Positions 21,785 through 33,145 of a stretch of 64,000 nt of DNA are shown one piece after another. Numbering within the stretch: the first letter of the stretch is position 1; each line of letters starts with the position of its first letter. Below the pieces are notes generated by a model, which was not told where the DNA came from, searched no databases, and saw only the letters and a list, made by a program, of their open reading frames with translations. The stretch is from Promethearchaeota archaeon (GTDB taxonomy: Archaea > Asgardarchaeota > Lokiarchaeia > Sigyniarchaeales > SOKP01). The position numbers and the translations under genes are program-made. The stretch spans positions 1 through 64,000 of the forward strand of contig JAHLWP010000013.1 of the NCBI GenBank assembly GCA_019057865.1. The letters run 5' to 3'.

Positions 21785-22858
21785 ATGAAAATCTGTTTTC
21801 TCATTACCGGTTTAGGAATAGGGGGTGCTGAAAGACATTTATTTAACCTTGTTCCAAAACTAAAATTCAATGTATTTATTATTAGCTTATCTAATAATAA
21901 TGATTTTGGAGTAGAAATTGAGCAAAAGGGAATAAAAGTTTATTATTTAGGATTAAACAAAATCAATTTACCTTTAGTCATATTAAGACTTATAAAAATA
22001 ATAAGAGCTGAGAAACCAGATGTAATAGATACATACCTTATACATGCAAATCTTATTGGGAGAATAGTTGGAAAGATACTTAGAATAAATAAAATAATTT
22101 GTTCAATAAGAAACGATTATTCACACTTTAAAATTTTAAATTTTTTAGATAAAGTAACTCAAAATTTAGTAGATTTATACATTTTAAACTCAAAATCATT
22201 ATTCGATTATGTTCATAAACATAATCATGTTCCTATTAAAAAAATAAAATTTATTCCAAATGGAATAGATTTGAAAAGAATGTATGGAAAATTAGATAAA
22301 AATTATGATATAAGAAAAGAATTGAGCTTAGAAAAAAATAGTTTTATTTTAATTTCTGTACTAAGATTAATTAAAGATAAAAATATTCCAACTCTAATAA
22401 AATCTCTTAAATATCTTGATAAAAATATCTTTCTTTTAATTATTGGTGATGGTACTCAAAGAGAAAATCTTTTAAACTTATCAAGAAAGTTAAATCTTAA
22501 TGATAATATCTTCTTTCTTGGAAAAAGAAAAGATGTATTCAACATAGTTAATAGTTCAGATGTTTTTATTTTACCTAGTTTAAGAGAAGGAATGAGTAAT
22601 GCACTCTTAGAAGCAATGGCTTTAAAAAAAATTTGTATTGTGAGTAATATACCTCAAAATAGAGAATTAATAAAAAACAGATTCAATGGGATTACATTTA
22701 GCCCATTAAATGAAAGAGAATTAGCTGAAAAAATTAAAAAAGTTTATGAAAACAAAAATTTAGAAGCACTTAGTCAAGAATCCTTTAATCTTATAAAAAA
22801 TAAATTCAACATAAAAATAATCTTCAAAAGCTATGAAAATATTATAGAAGCCCTCTAA
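21785..22858 (+). CDS. GT4 glycosyltransferase
   Basis: GIGGAE, IPNG, PSLREGMSNALLEAMA. Confidence 0.9.
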   Translation: MKICFLITGLGIGGAERHLFNLVPKLKFNVFIISLSNNNDFGVEIEQKGIKVYYLGLNKINLPLVILRLIKIIRAEKPDVIDTYLIHANLIGRIVGKILRINKIICSIRNDYSHFKILNFLDKVTQNLVDLYILNSKSLFDYVHKHNHVPIKKIKFIPNGIDLKRMYGKLDKNYDIRKELSLEKNSFILISVLRLIKDKNIPTLIKSLKYLDKNIFLLIIGDGTQRENLLNLSRKLNLNDNIFFLGKRKDVFNIVNSSDVFILPSLREGMSNALLEAMALKKICIVSNIPQNRELIKNRFNGITFSPLNERELAEKIKKVYENKNLEALSQESFNLIKNKFNIKIIFKSYENIIEAL

Positions 22859-23126
22859 ATTGATTTAATTTAAAAAAGCGAAGTATAAATTAAGCATCAA
22901 TAAAGAAATATATAGAGCATTTTTAATAGCGCAAGGTACCTGAAAAACATTGGCGAAGGAAAAGAGCGTCGGAGAACTTTTTAAACCATTTCACGAGGAA
23001 TTATTTTTGCTGGCTGGACTAAATTATAAGCATAGCATAGTAGGTGAAATATCGTTTTGGAAATAGAGAACTTTATAACGAATGAATGCATATCCTCATT
23101 AGATAGGAAAAACCGAGCGTGAACAT

Positions 23127-23870
23127 ATGATAAAACGTGTCGCCTTTAAGGCAAAACGAATCAGGTCTAAGTTAAGACGTATCCCACGAAAGATAAAATG
23201 TGTACCACGCAATATCCTTTGGCAACTTTTCCCCACCAAAACGAAGGAATGGTACGCACTGGACGCCTGGAAGCGGAAGAAAGCAGTAGAAGGACGACTG
23301 AAAAAAAGTCATTTCAAGGAATTCTATACAAAACACTTTGAAATCGAGGATAGCTTCTATTCAGGCAAAAGGATACTGGATATCGGTTGCGGTCCACGCG
23401 GGAGTCTCGAGTGGGCAGACATGGCCTTGGAGCGGATAGGGTTGGATCCTCTGGCGAAACAATACCTTAAACTTGGCGCCGATGAGCATAAAACAAAATA
23501 TGTAGCAGCCTATTCCGAGTCGATTCCCTTTGATGACGATTACTTTGATGTAATATCCTCCTTCAATTCATTAGATCATGTTGCAGATGTTCAACTCACG
23601 ATATCAGAGATTAAGCGCGTACTTAAGTCGGGAGGGGAGTTCTTGTTATTAACGGAGTTAAACCACAAGCCCAAAATTAAAGAACCCCAGGATTTTTCAT
23701 GGGATATCGTCCATGCTTTTCTACCTGAATTCGAGATCCTGAACGAAAAACATTATGAAATGAAAGTAAAAGGTATGTATGAGAGTATCCGCTATGGCAT
23801 ACCCTTCAATCATTCGGATCGCTCTAAACGTACTGGCATTCTTTCGGCAAAATTCCGCAAATTTGGGTAA
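23127..23870 (+). CDS. Class I SAM-dependent methyltransferase (in a GC-richer island)
   Basis: ILDIGCGP, IPFDDDYFD, NSLDHV, RVLKSGG. Confidence 0.88.
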   Translation: MIKRVAFKAKRIRSKLRRIPRKIKCVPRNILWQLFPTKTKEWYALDAWKRKKAVEGRLKKSHFKEFYTKHFEIEDSFYSGKRILDIGCGPRGSLEWADMALERIGLDPLAKQYLKLGADEHKTKYVAAYSESIPFDDDYFDVISSFNSLDHVADVQLTISEIKRVLKSGGEFLLLTELNHKPKIKEPQDFSWDIVHAFLPEFEILNEKHYEMKVKGMYESIRYGIPFNHSDRSKRTGILSAKFRKFG

Positions 23871-24273
23871 TTAACCTTTGGCAAATAAAATAATAGAAAA
23901 ACTGCTCGCGAAATGGGATGCCTTGATTTTGTCAGTTTTTATGGAGAATGCATGTAACGACAGTGCCGCAACAAAAATTGGAGGTACATTACCTTAACAG
24001 AATGATTGAGGTTTTTCCTCTTAAATCAAATGTTTCTGAACCGTTTTGATTTGCAGGAATGTTATTTTAAAAGCAAAAAAACATAAAATGAACAAATTAG
24101 TTATCCTGCTACTGTCAATTCCAAAGCCGGAGACAGTGGTTGAAATATTATCTAAATCGGTAATCGTTTCGCCGGGAAGGCATTCGAAGAGAAGGATAGA
24201 GAAATATGAAATACGAAATAGTCAGATATTGCCCAGAGTTTAAGAGTCACATAGTAGAACTACTATATTATAT

Positions 24274-25272
24274 GATTCGATAATTTTTGCGGGGATAATA
24301 TATTTGTTTATTCTATTTTATTTATTTATTTATTAAAAAAAAATAAACTTAAAGACGATAATAATATCCATTTCTTCGATTATAATTGGAATGGGCACAT
24401 TAATCTTTGGGTTTTATTTAATGGGTGGTTCTTTTATCCCTATAAGTGCAAAAGTTAAAACCTCATTAAACCAAAATCCTACATTTCCTCAATATTTATT
24501 TAATATTATGTTCATTAATACTCTATTGAAATTTCCATTCAGTGAAATTTTCTCAGCAATTCTTATAATATTTCTGATCTCACTTAATTTGAAATTCCTC
24601 TCTGTTTTTTTAAAGGAAAAAGAAAAAAAAATTTCATTGAAAAGTTTGATAATGATATTATCATTATCTAATTTTATATATAGTTTGATTGTAGGATATG
24701 TATTTTATTGGTACTATATTTGGTACTTATCTTTAACTTTCATTCTCTGGGCAATTGTAATCACTTATATAATTACTGTTATAATAACCAAATTTCAAGA
24801 GAAAATTCATATCTCTAATAGAAATTTCAATTATAAAAAAAAAATTTCTTATGTATTTATGATATTTATTTCAACATCCATTCTGGGCTTTATAGTATTA
24901 AATGAAATCGATTATTATTTTAATTATCGTTATTCCATGCGTTATAATGCAGCAATTTGGTTAAAGTCTAATACAAATGAGGAGGATATTATTGGATCTT
25001 GGAATGCAGGTCAGATTGGGTTTTTTTCAGATAGAAGAGTCATCAATCTCGATGGATTAATAAATAATTATGATTATTATGAAAGAATATTATTGAATGA
25101 TAATAAATTCAATTCAAGTGAATTTGTGGAATATCTTAACGAAAACAATGTATCATATATTGTTGACTATAAGTTTTACGGATTTAAACCATGGTATGCA
25201 AATTTTACATTAATCAAGGAATTTACATCTCAACGATACGATCCGATACAGGTTTGGGCTAAGATTCCTTAA
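24274..25272 (+). pseudogene. C-terminal part of a GT-C-like membrane glycosyltransferase (N-terminus lost; ORF 24391..25272)
   Basis: WLKSNT..DIIGSWNAGQIGFFSDRRVINLDGLIN; hydrophobic frame continues upstream across an in-frame TAA at 24334. Confidence 0.6.
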
Positions 25273-25483
25273 TTTTCATTATGATTTCCATTAATAGCTC
25301 CTTCAGGGGATTAAAATCCGGAAAAATCTTATTTTAAAAAGTATATTATTTAAAAAAAAGCCCGTAGCACTAGAGCACAAAAATCATTTGATCATTTTAT
25401 AGAAAAAATCCTTTTAATTTTTATTGAATAGAATCCTATATTGTATTAAAGCTAATATTCATAATAATCGTTAATTAACTATT

Positions 25484-26395
25484 ATGGAAAATCCTTTAGT
25501 AAGTGTAATAATACCTACATTCAACCGGGCCTATTTACTAAAAAAAGCAATTTACTCCGTATTAAATCAAACCTATAAAAATTTTGAGATTATTATTGTT
25601 GATGATGGGTCCACGGATAACACAGAAGAATTAATAAGGGGTTTTGAAAATGAAAAAATAAGATATTTTAAATTAGAACATACTGGATTACCTGCAGTAG
25701 TTAGAAATAAAGGAATTGAGGAGTGTCACGGGGAGCTCATTGCTTTTTTAGATTCAGATGATTTTTGGATACCTAATAAATTAGAACTGCAAATCAGAGC
25801 ATTTAAAAATCATGAAAACATATTATTAGTCGCTTCAAGAAGAATTATACTACCTGATAAAATAACATATCATCTTAATTATCAAAAAAGGGGTGTTGTT
25901 TCTTTTAGAGAATTGATTAGGCGAAACGTTATACCCACCTCAAGCGTCATTATTAGAAGAGAAGTTATCGAAAAAGTAGGAAAATTCGATGAAGATTATA
26001 GGCTTAGATCTGGTCAAGATTTTTCTTACTGGTTAGATATTTTATCATATCGAGATAAATCAATTCTAATTTTAAAAGCACCTTTAATAATTTTTAGAGT
26101 TCATGATAAAACTCTTACATTTGAAAGAAGGCAAGAATCAGATTTTTTCAAGGATAGTTTCTATAAACGTAAATATTTAATATTAAAATACGAAGATGTT
26201 GATAGGAATTATGTTAATTCTATTTTGAGAAAATGGGTCAAAAAGATTTTACTTGATCATAGAAAAAAATTACTACATGAAGGAAGTCTTATTTTTAGGA
26301 AAATGTTAAGAGATAATTTATTAACTCCCTATGAAAAGATTAAAATCATCATAGTCGTTTTGCTAAAGAAAATCCAAATGAAATTTTTCAAATAG
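25484..26395 (+). CDS. GT2 glycosyltransferase
   Basis: VSVIIPTFNR, VDDGSTD, FLDSDD, QDFSYW. Confidence 0.9.
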   Translation: MENPLVSVIIPTFNRAYLLKKAIYSVLNQTYKNFEIIIVDDGSTDNTEELIRGFENEKIRYFKLEHTGLPAVVRNKGIEECHGELIAFLDSDDFWIPNKLELQIRAFKNHENILLVASRRIILPDKITYHLNYQKRGVVSFRELIRRNVIPTSSVIIRREVIEKVGKFDEDYRLRSGQDFSYWLDILSYRDKSILILKAPLIIFRVHDKTLTFERRQESDFFKDSFYKRKYLILKYEDVDRNYVNSILRKWVKKILLDHRKKLLHEGSLIFRKMLRDNLLTPYEKIKIIIVVLLKKIQMKFFK

Positions 26396-26440
26396 AATTT
26401 CATATGTAAGAAGTATGAATCTTCTGGATGATACTTATTA

Positions 26441-27580
26441 TTACTTAAAAGTTAGAAAATCGTAAAAACGTTCACAAAAAGCTTTCTTACCTTCCTTCGT
26501 CCATAATCTTTTATATATATTTTGTCCATTTTTAGCAACTTCATAAAGAAGTGTTTTATTTGCCAAGATTTCATTAAACTCATTGTCCCAATTCTCAATT
26601 TTCCATGATATAGGTATATATGTATCTTGTTTTTTATATAAATTTGGCCAAGTTTCTACATGATCCATATCAGGCTTTATCAATGCCGCACCTGCTATAA
26701 AAGCTTCAAAATCTCGAAAACAGATTTCTCCCCATCCAAAAGGACTACAAATTGACTTAGATTTTCTTAAATTTATTAAATAATCCTTTTTAGGCATTTT
26801 TCCTATAGATATCTTCTGGTTAGACTTATACTTTTCTTTTAAAAACTTCAAGAGAGCATGTCGCTGAAAATAATATTTTGGTTTAGTAATTTTATAAGAG
26901 AAATTTGCAGATAAAAGTATTTTTCGGTTTATACTTGGCTTACAAAAATTCATTTCATTTTTTCTTGTAAAACCATATAAAAATCTATCAAAACTATTAG
27001 TAAAACGATAATCTGTTAATGCAAGGTTCCATGATAGGCTGACTTTATGATTATATTTTGGATCAAGAGAAGTATAATTTAAAAATTCATTTTTTTTATT
27101 GTATAATTTGTCTAAATTATATTCTTTATTATAAAAGTTAATATAGATTCTGCTTTCTTTTTTAAAAGAATTTTTTGTATAGAAAGTACGGTCTTTAAGA
27201 ATAGACCTTTTTAAATATCGATCAACATAAGGTAATACTTCAAATCGAGTGGTTCCTGTACTGGCAGTGTTATCAAACCATATTAAATAATCAGTTTTTT
27301 TCTTTAACACTTTAAGAGTTGATAATAATTCTTCCTTATTTCTTACCATTGTACCAAGGAATTTACAATCAATTCCTACTATTTTTGAAAAATTTGTTTT
27401 TTTTCTAAAAATTCTACCAAAATCATGTAAAAATCGGACATTGATGCCCATATTTTTAAGTTCCTTTTTATAATACCATACGGGAAACCAGTAGGAATTC
27501 CACTTATAGGTAGGGAAAGAATAGTTTTGGTATTTTCGAAAAGGGGTGAGTGTAGGGATAAATATATCCACATTAAGCAT
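26441..27580 (-). CDS. GT-B-fold glycosyltransferase-like protein
   Basis: C-terminal SKSICSPFGWGEICFRDFEAFIAG ... IAKNG-type motif. Confidence 0.7.
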   Translation of the reverse strand: MLNVDIFIPTLTPFRKYQNYSFPTYKWNSYWFPVWYYKKELKNMGINVRFLHDFGRIFRKKTNFSKIVGIDCKFLGTMVRNKEELLSTLKVLKKKTDYLIWFDNTASTGTTRFEVLPYVDRYLKRSILKDRTFYTKNSFKKESRIYINFYNKEYNLDKLYNKKNEFLNYTSLDPKYNHKVSLSWNLALTDYRFTNSFDRFLYGFTRKNEMNFCKPSINRKILLSANFSYKITKPKYYFQRHALLKFLKEKYKSNQKISIGKMPKKDYLINLRKSKSICSPFGWGEICFRDFEAFIAGAALIKPDMDHVETWPNLYKKQDTYIPISWKIENWDNEFNEILANKTLLYEVAKNGQNIYKRLWTKEGKKAFCERFYDFLTFK

Positions 27581-27754
27581 TTAGTAAATCCCCTGTTTAA
27601 ATATTGAAATTAGAAATCCTTTGTTTTATTTATAATTTTCCTAATATTTCTAATTATTAATAATTTATTACTTAAAATTGATATAAAAAAATAAGGTATA
27701 AACTAAGTATCAATAAAGAAAAAAGATTTAAATAACTAGTTTGACAAAATCTTT

Positions 27755-29428
27755 TTATTTTCTTCTTGTAAATTTCTTTAAAACATTTAAAGTTTTAAGC
27801 ATAATTCTATTTAAAAATTTATCCTTACTTAACAAAGACTCAAAATATTCAAAATCAGTAGATTTTACAATTCCAAAAACTAAATTCATTAATATAAAGA
27901 GTACGATGAATGTTCCAATAGATAAAAAATCGAGATTTATAAAGAGTGATAACCCTAAATTATGTAAAATTGTAATGTTGATTTTTTTTAATATTAAATC
28001 CTCTAAAATTACCGTAATAACTAAAGGGATAAAAAATGTTAAATATTGCAATATAATCTTTTTAATATTTATTTTAATATTTCCGATTCTATAAATTGAG
28101 TATATTTGTATTATTAATGAGATTATATTTCCGATTATTAAACCTAAAATTATCGCACCTTCAACCCCACCATATGTTAAACCAATAAAAAACAATGGTA
28201 TAGAATACGTCATATAGAGTATATTTAATAGAAATGACGATTTTACTTTATTCTGGGCGTTTAAAAGCGATAGGACAAAGATTTTGAATATTTGAAAAAT
28301 TGACGCAAGAACAAATAATTTAAGAATATTTGAAAAAATTAAACGAGATTCGAGAAAAACAAAATCTAAGAAAAAGTCTACACTAAAAAATAGAATTCCA
28401 GATAAAATTAATAATAAGAATAATGTAATCCTATTCGCAATCTTAAAAATTTTGACAACATGGTAATAATCCTTTTTTGTACTCAAACTTGTAAAAGAAG
28501 TCATTAAAGGAAAATAAAAAGATCCTACTGACACTTGCCCGATATGACTGTAATTTAAGGCGATATTAAATCCAGTAACTGCTCCTGCTGATTCAAAAAA
28601 CCCAACTCCTTGTAGTTGTGCTTCTCTCCAACCCTTTGCAAAAAGATTAGAAAAAGTTGAATAACCACCATATTTCACACTTTTAAAAATATCTTTTTTA
28701 AATGGTTCTATCTCATTCCCTACCGGTTTAATTCTAATTACTTTTATCAAAACATATAAAAACTTTAAAATAAATGGAATTAAGGAAGAAATCATGACAA
28801 TCAAGGCTATAGTATCAATATTAATATTAATATCAAAAATATAGTAAATTAATAAAGGGCAAATATGAAAAGCATTTTTTATGAGCAATATTAGAAAAAG
28901 AAAATTAAATTTACTAAAACCTCTATTTATAGCATCTAAAAGAGAGCCTAAACTATTGAAAAAAATAGTTGGAGATAAGATAAATAAAATAGATACATTA
29001 TCTTCCAAATTAATTACAAATAAATCTTCAAAAATAGTGAAAAAAACGATGCTTATTATGAGAATAATTATTGTAAATAATGATTTTATAATTAGTGTAT
29101 TTTTAATTAATGCCTTGATTTTTTTTTTCTCATTTAAGGCAAGATATCTTGGAATATAATAATTTAAGGCATGATTCAGTCCTGGTGGTAATAAGGATAT
29201 AATAATACCAATAATTGTTATATATGAGGTTGCTAATATTAGAAAGTCCCAAGTTCTATCTAAAATTAATCGTGCTAAAAGAAAAGAATATATTAATGTG
29301 AAAAAAAAGGATCCATAATTTATTAAATAAGAGTAAAATGTATTTGTAGCTAATCTTTTGTACTCTTTATTATTTTTTAATTGATTATTTTCATGGTTAT
29401 TATTTACCATTATAAGAAAACATTTCAT
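27755..29428 (-). CDS. Oligosaccharide flippase (Wzx/MOP superfamily)
   Basis: N-terminal LATNTFYS..LLARL; about 12-14 TM segments; glycan-locus context. Confidence 0.8.
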   Translation of the reverse strand: MKCFLIMVNNNHENNQLKNNKEYKRLATNTFYSYLINYGSFFFTLIYSFLLARLILDRTWDFLILATSYITIIGIIISLLPPGLNHALNYYIPRYLALNEKKKIKALIKNTLIIKSLFTIIILIISIVFFTIFEDLFVINLEDNVSILFILSPTIFFNSLGSLLDAINRGFSKFNFLFLILLIKNAFHICPLLIYYIFDININIDTIALIVMISSLIPFILKFLYVLIKVIRIKPVGNEIEPFKKDIFKSVKYGGYSTFSNLFAKGWREAQLQGVGFFESAGAVTGFNIALNYSHIGQVSVGSFYFPLMTSFTSLSTKKDYYHVVKIFKIANRITLFLLLILSGILFFSVDFFLDFVFLESRLIFSNILKLFVLASIFQIFKIFVLSLLNAQNKVKSSFLLNILYMTYSIPLFFIGLTYGGVEGAIILGLIIGNIISLIIQIYSIYRIGNIKINIKKIILQYLTFFIPLVITVILEDLILKKINITILHNLGLSLFINLDFLSIGTFIVLFILMNLVFGIVKSTDFEYFESLLSKDKFLNRIMLKTLNVLKKFTRRK

Positions 29429-29739
29429 TGATAATATTAAATTAAAAAAAAAAAATAGTGAATTTCAAATTAATTTTATGATTAAAGATTTTTCTTTTTG
29501 ATTTAAAATTACAATTTAATACTTTCACTATGACGTATTTTTTCTTATGATTTCTTTTTAAGTAGAATTGTTTAAATTTTGATTAAGATAATTATATTCT
29601 GTCCTTTTATTGCCAAGAGATATTCATTAAATTTTTATCCTTTTAAAAATTATTCCACATGCATAGAATATTTGTAGTTTTTAATATTTCAATAAAAATG
29701 TATAGAAAGAGCATTATAAAAGAGTCTGATGGTGTTCGG

Positions 29740-31245
29740 ATGAATATTTTCTGGATTGTGACCGATTCGATATGTAGCTATGAAAGATCTGATCTGCATA
29801 GTTTACTTCCAATCTACAAAAAATTAAAAAAAAATAAAGAAGGTTTCTTTTTTAAAAACGCATTATCTCAGTTCACATCAACAAGTTTATCTATTTTTTC
29901 ATTTTTAACAGGTAGATTTCCTTATTATATATTTCCTGATTATTACCCTTCAATCAAATTTCTTCCAAGTTATAAATATAAAAATAATATCAACCCATTG
30001 AAGAGAGAAAATTATAAAATTCAAGCAATTATGCACTCGAAAGAAGCAGTTGATGTTTTTAAGGATATTCTTAATCCATATTATGTGAATAATATGTATC
30101 ATGGAGATCATTTGTTAGATAGTAAAGAAGTTTACCATTTTTTAGCTGAAAAAATTAATGAACTCGATATAAATGAGAACAATTTCATATATGTACATTT
30201 CAGACCAACGGATCCTGAAACAAATTCATACATGAATAAAATAGTTTATTTATTAAAGGAGATGGGTTTTTGGGAAAAATCCATCATTATTATTAATTCT
30301 GATCATGGTTATTATGATAAGTCAATTTATAAAAAGATAAATTTAATACATTTTAATGATATTCACCAAACCTCATTATTATCGGCTTTATTTATAAAAT
30401 TACCCCCCAATTTAACATCTAAAATCCCAAGAACTATTAAAAAAAGAGTTTATTTAATGGATATTATGGAAACAATTCTTGATTATCTTAATATTAAAGC
30501 AGATCATGAGAGAGAATCAATTTCTTTTAAAGAATTAATAGAAAAAGATATAGATATTAATAAAAACAGAAAAATTAGAGGAGATTGTTATTTAATGTTT
30601 CAACCAATTAAAAAAACAGTGATAATCAAAGATAATTGGAAGCTTTTTAATAATAACGGAAAATTTACCTTGTATAATCTTAATGAAGATAATCTAGAAA
30701 AAAAAGATGTTAAAAAAAAATATCCTAAGATTTATACCGAACTATATCAATTTTATTTAGACACAGAATTGAAAGCTTATAAAATATTTAAATCAACCTT
30801 AAATACACTTTATAATCATAATAATTTAACTTTACTAGAATATGAGAATATTTTAGTTCCTCATCAATTTCCTCCACAACTAGCAAACTATTTAAAAGAA
30901 AATTTAAAGATAAAGAATAAAATAGTGAAACCATCTGAAATCGGTATCTCAAATTCAATCAAAAATCAAAGCTTGATTACAATTCTATTTTTTAATAGAT
31001 TAACTGGTTATAGATTAAAAAAACTGCAAAGAAAATATAGAAAATATACAAAAAAATTCATAATTTTAGATACAGCATTATCTGATGTATCAGATCAAAT
31101 AAATAATACTGGTTATATGAAATTTGTTATTAGATCATTAATTACCCGAAAAAAACAGTTGTTTCAAAGATGGAAAGAGATACTAATATGGACTTTATAT
31201 TTTCCACTTTATTTCAATAAATTTATGAAAAAATACTATAATTAA
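29740..31245 (+). CDS. Sulfatase/alkaline-phosphatase superfamily protein; candidate phosphonate transferase (track start 29659)
   Basis: NIFWIVTDS, SQFTSTSLSIFSFLTG, IIINSDHG, LYNL..D..E; GGTGT precedes ATG 29740. Confidence 0.7.
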   Translation: MNIFWIVTDSICSYERSDLHSLLPIYKKLKKNKEGFFFKNALSQFTSTSLSIFSFLTGRFPYYIFPDYYPSIKFLPSYKYKNNINPLKRENYKIQAIMHSKEAVDVFKDILNPYYVNNMYHGDHLLDSKEVYHFLAEKINELDINENNFIYVHFRPTDPETNSYMNKIVYLLKEMGFWEKSIIIINSDHGYYDKSIYKKINLIHFNDIHQTSLLSALFIKLPPNLTSKIPRTIKKRVYLMDIMETILDYLNIKADHERESISFKELIEKDIDINKNRKIRGDCYLMFQPIKKTVIIKDNWKLFNNNGKFTLYNLNEDNLEKKDVKKKYPKIYTELYQFYLDTELKAYKIFKSTLNTLYNHNNLTLLEYENILVPHQFPPQLANYLKENLKIKNKIVKPSEIGISNSIKNQSLITILFFNRLTGYRLKKLQRKYRKYTKKFIILDTALSDVSDQINNTGYMKFVIRSLITRKKQLFQRWKEILIWTLYFPLYFNKFMKKYYN

Positions 31246-31426
31246 TTTAATATTTTATTCAAGAGAATATGTTTAAGAATCTAAATTTTTAATGCCTTAA
31301 TCAAAATAATTTAAAGATTGAAAGAAGTAATCCTATTAAATCCCGTTGATATAAATTCAAATAAACCCATCATTAAGAAATCCATAAAAAATTTAATATT
31401 TAAAGCACTTATTTTTAATAGATCTT

Positions 31427-33118
31427 ATGAGCTTAAAAAATCGAATTTCACCTGAAGATAGAAGGAAATCCTTAAAAAATTTACTTAAAGAAAAAGATTT
31501 TATAAGAGCTATTGAAGCTCATAATGGTTTAAGTGCAATAATTGCTAATGATATTAAAGAAAAAGTAAGAAACGAAATTATTGAATTTGATGCCATTTGG
31601 GAAAGTAGTTTAACTGATAGTGCCACAAAGGGTTATCCAGATGCTGAAATAATAGGACCAGAATCTAGATATGAAACGATACGCCAAATTTTACATAGCT
31701 CTCATAAACCATTAATAGTAGATGGAGATACTGGCGGAGAAGCAACAAATTTTGAATATTTTGTGAAAAATTTGGAAGATTTTGGTGTTTCAATGGTAAT
31801 TATTGAAGATAAAAAATTTCCAAAAAGAAATAGTTTGGAAGCGGGGGCAATACAAATCCAAGAAGATCCAGATACTTTTTCGATAAAGATTAAAAGAGGT
31901 AAAAGTGTTTTATTATCGCAGGACTTTATGATAGCAGCTAGAATAGAAAGTCTTATTTCTGGAGCAGGAATAGAAGATGCCTTATTTAGAGCTAGAAAAT
32001 ATTTAATGGCTGGTGCTGATGCTATAATGATCCATTCAAAGGATTCAAAACCTAATGATATTTTTAAGTTTGCTGAAGAATATAATAAGTTAAGCTCTGA
32101 ATTAGGTTTTAGAAAGCCATTAATATGTGTTCCTACTACATATAATACCATTACGGAAGACGAATTAAAAGAACATGGCTTTAATATTGTGATATATGCA
32201 AATCATCTTTTACGATCATGTCATAAAGCTATGAAAGAAACAGCCTCTTTAATTTTGAGGAGTCAAAGATGTTTTGAGGCAGAACCTATGTGCAGTTCTG
32301 TTAATACTATTTTTAAAGATGTAGGTTTTCTTGAAGTAAAAGAAAAAGATATGAAATATTCTAAAGGAAAAACACGTGTAATCATACCCGCAGCAGGTAA
32401 AGAACCAATTTTCAAAATTCCTAAATCAATGATAAAAATCAATGGAAAACCAATTCTTCAAAGACAAATAGAAACTTTAAATAGCTGCGGTATTTATAAC
32501 ATTATTGTTGTTAGGGGATTTAAAAAAGAACTTATTGATATTCCAGGAGTCAAATATATTGATAATGAGAATTATGAAGATTATGGATTATTATATTCTT
32601 TATTTAGAGCAGAAAGTGAAATGGAAGGGGGATTTATCTATATAAATTCAGATATATTGTTTGATGGACATATCATAAATTCTCTTTTAGAATCTAAAAA
32701 GGATATTGTTTTGGTTGTTGATAATTCTTATGCTTACCATAAACATGAGATTGACAAAAGATTAGATCTAGTTATGACATTGAATAAGCCATCTGACCAA
32801 AGGAGATTATTATATTCTCGAGATAATGAAGTAATAAGAATTGGTAAGAATATAGATAAAAGTATGGCAGACTATGAATACATAGGGATTGCTTATTTTT
32901 CTGAATATGGTATTGATATAGTAAAAAAAATATTTCATGATTGTAGTTCTAATAATAAAGGATGTTTTCATGCTGTTTCTATTGAGAAAGCTACTTTTAA
33001 TGATTTTATTCAAGAAATAATTGATCGTGGTTTTAAGGTTCATAATCTAGAGATACATAAAGGATGGATAGAGATTCATAATAAAAAAGATCTTGAACTG
33101 GCTGAAAAGCTAATTTAA
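31427..33118 (+). CDS. pepM: Phosphoenolpyruvate mutase fused to a C-terminal nucleotidyltransferase domain
   Basis: EAHNGLSA, WESSLTDS, DGDTGG, diagnostic EDKKFPKRNS (EDKx5NS), ARIES, YANH; C-terminal IIPAAG..PK..NSDILFD..GWIEIH. Confidence 0.95.
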   Translation: MSLKNRISPEDRRKSLKNLLKEKDFIRAIEAHNGLSAIIANDIKEKVRNEIIEFDAIWESSLTDSATKGYPDAEIIGPESRYETIRQILHSSHKPLIVDGDTGGEATNFEYFVKNLEDFGVSMVIIEDKKFPKRNSLEAGAIQIQEDPDTFSIKIKRGKSVLLSQDFMIAARIESLISGAGIEDALFRARKYLMAGADAIMIHSKDSKPNDIFKFAEEYNKLSSELGFRKPLICVPTTYNTITEDELKEHGFNIVIYANHLLRSCHKAMKETASLILRSQRCFEAEPMCSSVNTIFKDVGFLEVKEKDMKYSKGKTRVIIPAAGKEPIFKIPKSMIKINGKPILQRQIETLNSCGIYNIIVVRGFKKELIDIPGVKYIDNENYEDYGLLYSLFRAESEMEGGFIYINSDILFDGHIINSLLESKKDIVLVVDNSYAYHKHEIDKRLDLVMTLNKPSDQRRLLYSRDNEVIRIGKNIDKSMADYEYIGIAYFSEYGIDIVKKIFHDCSSNNKGCFHAVSIEKATFNDFIQEIIDRGFKVHNLEIHKGWIEIHNKKDLELAEKLI

Positions 33119-33145
33119 CTATTTTTCGAAAAGTGGAATAATGAA

